Of a stretch of DNA of 64,000 nucleotides, positions 54,963 through 64,000 are shown piece after piece. Source of the stretch: Pachysolen tannophilus NRRL Y-2460 (taxonomy: Eukaryota); NCBI GenBank assembly GCA_001661245.1, contig KV454011.1:1-64000 (forward strand), given 5' to 3'. Each line of letters starts with the position of its first letter. Position 1 is the stretch's first letter. The notes beneath the pieces were generated by a model, which had not been told where the DNA came from, did not search any database, and was given only the letters and a program-made list of their open reading frames with translations. The position numbers and the translations under genes were made by a program.

Positions 54963-57470
54963 ATGCCTCAGATAAGTAGACCACAGTTGGTTTTTCTCAT
55001 AATATTTCTTATATTGATATTACAGAGTACAGATGATTCGCCATCCAATTTATCAACACCCGTTAATTTAAAGAAACTTGCAAATTTAAAAGATGAGGTT
55101 ACTACATCAAGACAGGAGTTATTTCGGTCGGAATGGAACTTGGGCTATGGGAATGTAACTGGGTTTAAGTTGAGTTATGAAGATAGCTTGGAAAATAGAA
55201 ATGTTAGTGAGTGGCCCATTCACCATTTTTCAGATGAAAATCCTTTTATTCAAGATCAAAAATATTCGATATTGCCTAATAAGATAACTGAGTTGGCTAA
55301 ATCAATATGGCTACCAGGAAATGTGGTTAAAAATGGTGTGAGCATTGATAGGAGACTGAATATAGTTTCCAAATATAGTGACGAGAAAGAAGGTATTGAT
55401 AATAGTTATTTTTTAAATATTACTGGTAGTTTAAGAGGTTCGTTTAATAAATTGGATGAAGGATTTGAACCTATTAAGATGCCATTACCAGAGTATTTTT
55501 TGGATTCGTATTATCAACATGAAGATACGGCATTAAATAAAGTTATAACTAATGGTGAAAGAGAGAGTGACCAATATTCTGTAAATAGAGGTCTCAAGGA
55601 AAGTTCAAATTTTGATGAAGATAATGATGATTTTCAAAATGGATATCCTTTCAAGAAGGATTATAAAATTGGAAACTTGACTGATTTAACCGTTGGTAAT
55701 ATCAAAATAGATATAAACGCCAAGGAAAAACCCGATGAATTGATAGAGTCTACTCACGATGCAATAAATTCAATAATTGAGATACACATAAATGATTACG
55801 ATGAATTAAAAGATCATAGGTTAACTTTATCTGGAATATATTTCCAAGAATCAGGGAACTTGGTAGCAACAACGAGGACAGGTAAATATGCTGGCATATA
55901 TGCTCTTCCTCATTTACAATTGGAAGAAGCAAATTTTAACAAGAGTAAAAATTTGATGAGTTATTATACAAATCAAACTTTAATAGATGATCTCACATTA
56001 TCATTCATGGAAGAATTAATTGATTCATCAGAAGAATATTGCGAAATGATTTTTTTCGGTCACTTTAGACAAACTAACTTATCAAGATCTCAATTAGAAG
56101 ATATTGATGATGAACTAAAGAATCCAATAGGAAGACCAGTTCAGAGACTTCCAAATATAGAGTTAGAAGAAGGTTTAATATATTCACCTGACTGTGGGTA
56201 TGCGATTAAAGTAAATGAATCTGTTGGTCCAAGAAGAGAAATTAGGACCCTGAAAATTAGAAAGATTGTTTTAGTGGGTATAATTATACTTTTTTCACAA
56301 ATCTTATTATCCATAAACCAAATGAATTCAACAAATACACCTTCAACTATGTCAAGAATATCTTTTTGGTCAATTGCAATAATGAATCTCATTGATGGAA
56401 CATTAAGTATGCTTTATTTACTTAGTAGTGCTTTATTACAAGATTTATACTTGCCTCTTGTCGTTAGTTCATTTTTAGCATTTACCTTAGCAAGTGTTTT
56501 TGAAATGAGATATATGATTTTGATATATTCATCACAGGTGAATGAAAGAAATATTAGCGCTAGAGTAGGATTACAAGGCCAACCAATAGATGATAGGCCA
56601 GAACCACCAAATGAACCTGTTGTTGATACCAACAATGGAACTATTTTACCTACCACTCAGCGTCCAACTCCTCAGCAACAGCAACAGCAACAACAGCAAC
56701 AACAGGCTGCTCGTCAAGCACCAAGATTTCCTGAAGATGAACAAATTATAAGTGGTCAAATGTATACTAAATTTTTATTTTTCCTTATTGGTTTTACATT
56801 TTTAATATTGAACTCAGTCATGTGGCCTAGAAAGCCAAGGTTAATCTTTGAGTACATTATTTTAATTGCGTTGAATTCGTATTGGGTTCCGCAAATTTAT
56901 AGAAATGTCATTAGAGGTTCAAGAAGATCTTTTAGATGGGTATTTATTATTGGAACTTCAATTTTAAGATTGTTACCAATAACTTATTTATGTCTATACA
57001 AGCTGAATCCGTTCAACCATCATTACGATCCACTCTTGTTTATAATCTTATTCTCTTGGATGTCTGTACAAATTTTCATTTTAATGTTACAAGAATTTTT
57101 AGGACCAAGATTCTTACTACCAGAAAAATACCTACCAAAATCTTATGACTACCATCCAATATTAACGGAATCAGATTTGGAAAATGGTTTTGGTATTGAA
57201 CACAATCATGAAAATAATCCAGTTGATGGCTTATCACAACCACTATTAACTCATCATGACGGTAAATGCAAAATAGATTGCGCTATTTGTATGGATGAAC
57301 TTGAACTTCCAATTCACCAAAATGGTGCCACTTTAGCAACAAATATAATTGCAAGAAGAAGTTATATGGTCACTCCTTGCAGACATATTTTCCATACTTC
57401 TTGTTTGGAAAATTGGATGAAATATAAATTACAATGTCCAGTATGCAGAAATTCATTACCTCCGTTATAG
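54963..57470 (+). CDS. TUL1: Transmembrane RING-H2 E3 ubiquitin ligase
   Basis: Lumenal domain with YSPDCG, NTPSTMSRISF, multi-TM region, RING CAICM...TPCRHIFH..CL..WM..KLQCPVCR; polyQ near 56673-56704. Confidence 0.92.
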   Translation: MPQISRPQLVFLIIFLILILQSTDDSPSNLSTPVNLKKLANLKDEVTTSRQELFRSEWNLGYGNVTGFKLSYEDSLENRNVSEWPIHHFSDENPFIQDQKYSILPNKITELAKSIWLPGNVVKNGVSIDRRLNIVSKYSDEKEGIDNSYFLNITGSLRGSFNKLDEGFEPIKMPLPEYFLDSYYQHEDTALNKVITNGERESDQYSVNRGLKESSNFDEDNDDFQNGYPFKKDYKIGNLTDLTVGNIKIDINAKEKPDELIESTHDAINSIIEIHINDYDELKDHRLTLSGIYFQESGNLVATTRTGKYAGIYALPHLQLEEANFNKSKNLMSYYTNQTLIDDLTLSFMEELIDSSEEYCEMIFFGHFRQTNLSRSQLEDIDDELKNPIGRPVQRLPNIELEEGLIYSPDCGYAIKVNESVGPRREIRTLKIRKIVLVGIIILFSQILLSINQMNSTNTPSTMSRISFWSIAIMNLIDGTLSMLYLLSSALLQDLYLPLVVSSFLAFTLASVFEMRYMILIYSSQVNERNISARVGLQGQPIDDRPEPPNEPVVDTNNGTILPTTQRPTPQQQQQQQQQQQAARQAPRFPEDEQIISGQMYTKFLFFLIGFTFLILNSVMWPRKPRLIFEYIILIALNSYWVPQIYRNVIRGSRRSFRWVFIIGTSILRLLPITYLCLYKLNPFNHHYDPLLFIILFSWMSVQIFILMLQEFLGPRFLLPEKYLPKSYDYHPILTESDLENGFGIEHNHENNPVDGLSQPLLTHHDGKCKIDCAICMDELELPIHQNGATLATNIIARRSYMVTPCRHIFHTSCLENWMKYKLQCPVCRNSLPPL

Positions 57471-57842
57471 ATTGTTTTCTTCGTTGCTTTCTTCTATTAC
57501 TTTTTCTTTTCTTTNTTTTTTTTTTTTTTCTTTCTTCTTCTTCTTCTTTTTCATTTTTAGTTTGATCTACTTGGCAATTCACAGTTGCATTTATCTTTTG
57601 AATTTACAGTTTAATCTTGTTTCATGATCTTAACCTGATAAACCTTTTCTTCTCCTTATCTTGAACCGACTGTTTTCAACGGTACGATTGAAAGTAGTGT
57701 TTGACATGTCAAACGAATCACGTAGTAGACCAATAACTGGATATATATGAAGGCTATCAGTTATTGTAGATGAGTTGTTGAAATAAAGAAGTGATTTTAT
57801 TATTGATAGATATATAGATAGATAAATAGATAGATAGAGATC

Positions 57843-58652
57843 ATGACTTTTGACAAGTGAGTTAACTTTGTTTCTTTTTTTTTTTTTTTTTCTTGAAATG
57901 AATTAATATACTGATCAAATTATAGGCAAATCAAAGCATGTCTATTTGACATGGACGGGCTTCTTATTAATTCAGAAGATGTTTATACTACAGTATACAC
58001 CGAATTATTGCAGAAATATGGGAAACCCGCATTGACTTGGGATGTCAAGTATAAGTTGCAAGGAAGAGCTGGTGTTGATGCAGCTCAGATTGTTATAGAT
58101 CATTATGGTCTTCCGAAAGATTTAACTCCTCAAATGATTTTAGATATCAATTATAAGAGACAATTGGAACTTTTCCCACATTGTAAATTCATGCCTGGTG
58201 CTTTGGAATTGGTAAAATATTTAAAGTCGAAAAATTTCGCCATTGGATTGGCTACATCATCTAGCAAGAAAACTTTTAAATTGAAAACTGAAAATTTAAA
58301 AGAAGAATTTTCATTATTTGGAAAACATGTTATTACTGCAGATGATGTTCCACCAGGGAAAAGTAAACCTCAACCAGATATTTATTTAACCTGCTTGAAA
58401 TCTATAAATGATGAAAGAATATTGAAAGGTGAGCCTGAAATTAGCATTGAGGAATGCCTTGTTTTTGAAGATGGAAGACCAGGTGTTGTTGCTGGTATCA
58501 CTGCAGGGGCATACGTAATCTGGGTTCCAGATAAGAGAGCTGTTGCAGTAATGGACCCACAGGAATTAGCAATTATTGGTAAAAATAATGAATACGGAGT
58601 GATTTTAGGCAGTTTGGAAGAACTAAATAAAGAACATTTTGGTCTTCAGTAA
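57843..58652 (+). CDS. HAD-family phosphatase (YKL033W-A/HDHD1 pseudouridine-5'-phosphatase-like); 2 exons (57843-57856, 57926-58652)
   Basis: ATGACTTTTGACAA|GTGAGT...TACTGAT...TAG|GCAAATC gives MTFDKQIKACLFDMDGLL; LATSS, KPQPDIY, CLVFEDG. Confidence 0.88.
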
Positions 58653-59975
58653 GTGTATACTTAGTTATATTTCAGTTGTATATTGAGAGTTTACTTTTAC
58701 TCTCTTCTTTTCTCAACTTGATTGAAAAATTTTTTTTTTTTTCACTTTATTTTTTTTTTTTTTTTTGTTCACTTTGTTCTCTACAATAAATTACTATATA
58801 ACAATAAGATAATGTCCAGATGAATGTAATAGTAAGGCTAAATCCAGTATTNNNNNNNNNNNNNNNNNNNNNNNNNNNNNNNNNNNNNNNNNNNNNNNNN
58901 NNNNNNNNNNNNNNNNNNNNNNNNNNNNNNNNNNNNNNNNNNNNNNNNNNNNNNNNNNNNNNNNNNNNNNNNNNNNNNNNNNNNNNNNNNNNNNNNNNNN
59001 NNNNNNNNNTTTTTTCTTGAAATGAATTAATATACTGATCAAATTATAGGCAAATCAAAGCATGTCTATTTGACATGGACGGGCTTCTTATTAATTCAGA
59101 AGATGTTTATACTACAGTATACACCGAATTATTGCAGAAATATGGGAAACCCGCATTGACTTGGGATGTCAAGTATAAGTTGCAAGGAAGAGCTGGTGTT
59201 GATGCAGCTCAGATTGTTATAGATCATTATGGTCTTCCGAAAGATTTAACTCCTCAAATGATTTTAGATATCAATTATAAGAGACAATTGGAACTTTTCC
59301 CACATTGTAAATTCATGCCTGGTGCTTTGGAATTGGTAAAATATTTAAAGTCGAAAAATTTCGCCATTGGATTGGCTACATCATCTAGCAAGAAAACTTT
59401 TAAATTGAAAACTGAAAATTTAAAAGAAGAATTTTCATTATTTGGAAAACATGTTATTACTGCAGATGATGTTCCACCAGGGAAAAGTAAACCTCAACCA
59501 GATATTTATTTAACCTGCTTGAAATCTATAAATGATGAAAGAATATTGAAAGGTGAGCCTGAAATTAGCATTGAGGAATGCCTTGTTTTTGAAGATGGAA
59601 GACCAGGTGTTGTTGCTGGTATCACTGCAGGGGCATACGTAATCTGGGTTCCAGATAAGAGAGCTGTTGCAGTAATGGACCCACAGGAATTAGCAATTAT
59701 TGGTAAAAATAATGAATACGGAGTGATTTTAGGCAGTTTGGAAGAACTAAATAAAGAACATTTTGGTCTTCAGTAAGTGTATACTTAGTTATATTTCAGT
59801 TGTATATTGAGAGTTTACTTTTACTCTCTTCTTTTCTCAACTTGATTGAAAAATTTTTTTTTTTTTCACTTTATTTTTTTTTTTTTTTTTTTGTTCACTT
59901 TGTTCTCTACAATAAATTACTATATAACAATAAGATAATGTCCAGATGAATGTAATAGTAAGGCTAAATCCAGTA
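57887..59975. other. Assembly gap (58852-59009) with about 965 bp duplicated on both sides, creating a second HAD copy at 59075-59776
   Basis: 57887-58851 matches 59011-59975, including intergenic DNA and the first codons of MRF1. Confidence 0.85.
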
Positions 59976-61205
59976 TTCTGGTTATCATCAAGAAGTTTAG
60001 TAGTCAATGGTGGGAGGAGTTTGAAAAACGTGTTTGCCTTTAGAGGGTATTTGAAATATTCGACAATTTCAATACATGAAAATGAGAATTTAAAATTTGA
60101 AAATATTCATCCGGCTTTGATTAAGAGAGCAAAACAATTGAAAACAGAATTGTTAGATTTGGAGAAATATTTGTCTGAAGGGAAAGTGTTGAAAGCTGAA
60201 GAATCCAAAAAATTTTCACAGTTGTCATCATTAAGCCGTATTTATGATGAATATGGAAATGAGATCAATAACTATAAAGAATTAATACAATTAGTAGAAA
60301 ATGATGATTCTCTCAAGGATGATGCTCTTTTGGAATTGGAGAAATCTACTGTACCTAGATTGAAATATTTAGTATCCAAGTTGAAAACAAGGTTACTTCC
60401 ACCTCATGAATTTCATGACAAACCATGTATATTAGAATTAAGACCTGGTGTTGGTGGGAATGAAGCCATGATATTTACCCAAGATTTATTGGGAATGTAT
60501 GAGCGTTATGCTCAAGTCCACAAGTGGTCGTATGAAGTATTATCCAAGAATGAACATTCGTCAGGTATAGGATTAGTTGATGCAGTCTTGGTGATAAATG
60601 AACCTGGTTCTTATAATAGATTAAGATTGGAAAGTGGTGTACATAGGGTTCAACGTATACCAGAAACTGAGACTAAGGGAAGAACACATACTTCAACAGC
60701 TGCTGTAGTTGTATTACCAAAGATGAGTGAAATAGATTCCAATTCAGAAAGGAAGTTTGGTCCTGATGATTTAAGAATCGATGTAATGAGGGCCAGTGGT
60801 AAAGGTGGTCAACATGTTAATACTACTGAATCTGCAGTTAGAATAACACATATCCCTACTGGAATAGTTGTATCAATCCAAGATGAAAGATCACAACATA
60901 AAAATAAAGCCAAAGCAATGATGATTTTGAGATCAAGACTAGCAGAAAGAGAAAGGTTAGAAAGAATTGAAAAAGAAAGAAGTGATAGAACCTCACAAGT
61001 TTCTTCAACAGATAGATCAGATAAGATTAGAACTTATAACTATGCACAAAATAGAATAACAGATCATAGATGTGGATTTACATTATATGATATAGAAGGA
61101 TGTATGAGTGGAGAAAAATTAGACGATATTATGGATGCTGTAGAACTGAAAGAAACAGAAGATAGATCAAAAAGTTTGATTGAAGAGTTGGAAAACGGAA
61201 AATAA
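59946..61205 (+). CDS. MRF1: Mitochondrial peptide chain release factor 1
   Basis: ESGVHRVQRIPETE (PxT), GKGGQHVN, IRTYNY; N-terminal presequence. Confidence 0.95.
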   Translation: MNVIVRLNPVFWLSSRSLVVNGGRSLKNVFAFRGYLKYSTISIHENENLKFENIHPALIKRAKQLKTELLDLEKYLSEGKVLKAEESKKFSQLSSLSRIYDEYGNEINNYKELIQLVENDDSLKDDALLELEKSTVPRLKYLVSKLKTRLLPPHEFHDKPCILELRPGVGGNEAMIFTQDLLGMYERYAQVHKWSYEVLSKNEHSSGIGLVDAVLVINEPGSYNRLRLESGVHRVQRIPETETKGRTHTSTAAVVVLPKMSEIDSNSERKFGPDDLRIDVMRASGKGGQHVNTTESAVRITHIPTGIVVSIQDERSQHKNKAKAMMILRSRLAERERLERIEKERSDRTSQVSSTDRSDKIRTYNYAQNRITDHRCGFTLYDIEGCMSGEKLDDIMDAVELKETEDRSKSLIEELENGK

Positions 61206-61344
61206 CAAAAGGAAGGAACTAAGAAAAAAAAAGAAAAGGAAATAAAAAAAAGAATAAAATAAAATAGAATTAGAGATATAGAAAACATTTATCTATTATA
61301 TATGTATATTTGAAAGGAAATTAATAAAAAAAAAATTTTTTTTC

Positions 61345-62638
61345 TTAATTTAATGATGAAGCCTTTTCGTATAACAAATCAACAGCGTTACTCATATTTT
61401 TAATCAATTCCAAACTCAAGTCATAATTTTCGTCTACTTGTGGTTGAGTATAAATAATTAACCAACCATTTCCCTGATCTAATACACCGTAAAATATTTT
61501 ATCCAAGATCATTTGACTTAATTTTGCCTCTATTGTCTTTACTGATAATCCAATTTTATTACTTATGAATGAGATTTCCAACATTGAGTAAGGTTCAATA
61601 AGTTTCATCAAATTACGTTCTAATAATGAATCATATAAATCTGTTAAATGTGATCTTATAATTGGATCTAATGTCAATTCTACTTGATAATTTGTTAAAC
61701 ATTCTTCAAATTCTTTTAAAGATCTATTTGAAGCAGCTTTAGATACAGCTTTCATTGCTTCAATTTCTTTTGAATTTGTAAATTTAACAACATTTTTATT
61801 ATTTAAAATATTATTAACATCATCAATTAATTGAAGCATAATTTTACTCATTAACATATATTTTAAAATTTTTATTGATTGAGTTTCTGATGAACCTGAT
61901 AATATTGAATTTTCAAAACTTTCGTAAAAATATGAATATGCAGTTTTAAAATCTTTATCTTCTGCATTTAAAACACCACCTAATAAATCCAATTCTGCCT
62001 GAATATTTGTTGGACAATAAATTGAATTTGCAGAAGTTCTTGCAGAAGTTAAAGATGATCTTGATTTAGGGAAATTTTTTAATGCAAAATAAATTTTTGA
62101 TTCTAATAATTGAACTTCAACTAATGATGATTTATCATCTAATTTTTTAAATTCTCTTATTAATGAATGAATTAATTCTAATGCTTGATTATAAAAATTT
62201 TTTCATAATATAATGAAGCTAATCTTAATTGTAAAGATTGCCTTAAAAAAGATCTTTTTCCTTTTTTGCCCAATCAATTGATTCTTCAGTAACTTGTATA
62301 GTTAAATCAATAGAATTTTCAGGTAATGTCTTAAATAAATCAATTAAAGATTTTATAATTTTTGCAGTTTTAGATTTAGCAAATGATGATCCCATTAAAA
62401 CACGAACTTTTGGTAACAATGAAACCAAATTTTCAACTTTATTATGAGAACTATATAATTCACCTAATTCTAAGATAGCAGCTTCTTGAATTTGTATTAA
62501 TTTTTCATTGGCGCTTGTATTACGACTTGTATTTGTATTTGAAATTGTTGATAATATTTCAAGATAAACTTGTTCGGCCTTGCCCAAATCATTCGACTTG
62601 ACGGCTTCTCTTGCCTCCTCTATTGATGGAATTGACAT
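61345..62638 (-). CDS. RPN6: 26S proteasome lid subunit Rpn6; split by a one-base frameshift near 62255-62267
   Basis: 5' ORF (QEAAILELG, KSKTAKII) continues in the -1 frame as KRSFLRQSLQLRLA...LDDKSSLVEVQLLES...ARTSANSIYCP into the PCI-domain ORF. Confidence 0.92.
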
Positions 62639-62763
62639 GACCTAAACACCCAACACACCTTATTCTTCTTTCTTTTCTTTCTGATCTTTAATTCAAATAT
62701 ATATATAATTAGTTAAATATATATATAATTGATTAACCGCCGTTTAAACCAACTTATTTTAGT

Positions 62764-62772
62764 GGTGGCAAC
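62764..62772 (+). promoter_or_regulatory. PACE-like Rpn4 site upstream of RPN6
   Basis: GGTGGCAAC about 125 bp upstream of the RPN6 ATG. Confidence 0.75.
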
Positions 62773-62918
62773 TTTGATGAGAAAGAGAAAGAGAAAGAGA
62801 GAAAAAGAATTCTCAAAAAATTCCCTTTTTAGGAATATGGTACAAATCTACACTACCCCACTTTTTACCCATAATAATTTTTTATTATAATAATAATGAT
62901 TATTAACTATATACAAAT

Positions 62919-63248
62919 TCAATGAACATCTCTTATTGTATCACTAGAGTACATTTCAAACCTTCTATGACCTACTCTTAATAGGTGTTCAACTGTAGCA
63001 AATTCCTTTTTGGGGAGTTTTCTGTATTTTGCAAATTCTGAGTGAACATAATTTACCCAATGGTTTCTATTCTCCTAAATAATTAAAAGTTAGTATATAA
63101 AAAAAAAAAAACTGTAAATTTTTTTTTCAATTTCTAAATAAATGCTATTTTTTTGTTATTGTCTTACTTTTGGCTTTTTGTATGCTGACCGAATGCATTC
63201 TCTATAAAGTGCAATGACTTCTTTCTGTAAACCAGATAATCTAGCCAT
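62919..63248 (-). CDS. SDH6: Succinate dehydrogenase assembly factor 1 (LYR protein); 2 exons (63248-63168, 63074-62919); not in ORF track
   Basis: Spliced product MARLSGLQKEVIALYRECIRSAYKKPK|ENRNHWVNYVHSEFAKYRKLPKKEFATVEHLLRVGHRRFEMYSSDTIRDVH; intron GTAAGA...TACTAAC...TAG. Confidence 0.93.
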
Positions 63249-63544
63249 TCTTGAATGTTAGCTATTCAATTAAAGTATTGAAAAGGTAATTTTAAAGAAA
63301 AAAAAAAATCTTTAAAATTGAAATCAAATAAATTGCTACTTTAATTCGAAATCGAAACCGGGACATAAAGGACAAACAAAGACAAACATAGAAGTTACAC
63401 GTCGTTACACGTAACACATTTAGGGGCTGTATCGAATCAGGGCTGTATCGAATTTCATTCTTTTTATCAAAAATTTTTTTTGAATCTTATATAAAGAGCG
63501 GCTGAAACCGCTCTTGAATAATTCCTATCTTTTATATATATTGA

Positions 63545-63734
63545 TTGACCAGTAATATCTCATCTAACCAGTGTTAGATAATCGTAATTATATTTAAAAA
63601 AACACCGTAATGCGTTATTTTATTATTTTTTCTTATTTCACATATGCTTTAAAATAATATATTAATCTTTCCGTATTACGTTCCTTTTTATTAATTTTCT
63701 TTTCTTTTTGATTGCGGTTCCGGGTCAAAAAGTA
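63545..63734 (+). ncRNA. Candidate structured ncRNA (long nested hairpin followed by an H-box-like motif)
   Basis: Four nested helices plus a side hairpin, read by eye; TATA and AGGGCT-type sites upstream; 3' boundary unknown. Confidence 0.35.
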
Positions 63735-63739
63735 TTAGA

Positions 63740-63860
63740 TGGAACAATGGAACAATGGATCACTGGAAAACTGGAAAACTGGAACACTTAAACAATATAG
63801 TTTACACTACTTGGTATACTACTTGGTACACTATTTCGGTACACTATTTCGGTACACTAC
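63740..63860. repeat. Two short tandem arrays: 8-bp TGGAnnAn x6 and 12-13-bp GGTACACTA(C/TT)TT x5
   Basis: tggaacaa/tggatcac/tggaaaac units at 63740-63787; TACACTA/TATACTA at 63803, 63815, 63827, 63840, 63853. Confidence 0.8.
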
Positions 63861-64000
63861 CCCCCCCCCTTGAGTCCGGTAGTTTAACTATCAATATAAT
63901 AATAGTAGTAGTATTTACAAAAAATATACATAACCTTTTTCTTTATTGCTTTCTCCATCCTATAGCAGACATTGAATGGAAATGAAGATTTTGCTTCTAC

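Noticed and set aside
59075..59776. Tandem duplicate HAD phosphatase gene
   Set aside because: Copy looks identical including intergenic DNA and the MRF1 start, and flanks an N-gap; probable assembly artefact (read depth would decide)
61345..62638. RPN6 as a pseudogene or two genes
   Set aside because: Only one lesion, in a homopolymer, with an otherwise intact essential gene and promoter
63740..63860. CRISPR-like array or transposon end
   Set aside because: Eukaryotic DNA; units are 8-13 bp with no spacers; no cas, transposase or LTR features in the window

Overview
AT-rich, gene-dense chromosomal DNA from a budding yeast (Saccharomycotina). It contains spliceosomal introns (mostly GTAAGT...TACTAAC...YAG) and two N-gaps, each flanked by duplicated sequence that is most likely an assembly overlap. 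In-frame CTG codons often fall where homologues have Ala or another small residue rather than Leu (clearest in MDM35), suggesting a CUG-Ala (Pachysolen-like) code. The main find is a five-gene nitrogen-catabolic cluster at 4.0-14.7 kb: a DAO-family FAD oxidoreductase, a HAD hydrolase, a stand-alone urea-carboxylase-like biotin enzyme with a non-urea-type substrate pocket, a Dur3-like transporter and LamB/PxpA. Together these give a PxpABC/lam-like set. The two divergent promoters of the cluster share GATA sites and two unexplained motifs, and lamB lacks an in-frame ATG upstream of its conserved N-terminus. The rest is mostly housekeeping: DGK1, RSC4, EGO1, CAT2, RFX1, DFM1, GIT1-like, ASK1, ARH1, VPS71, MDM35, ATP17, LSM6, a BAR protein, a GT71-like protein, ARO80, RPL20, ERG25, FMS1, TUL1, MRF1, RPN6 and SDH6. 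Several of these are spliced and were missed or truncated by the ORF track. Candidate structured non-coding RNAs lie at about 28.4, 39.7 and 63.6 kb. Gene calls come from recalled family motifs, not database searches.
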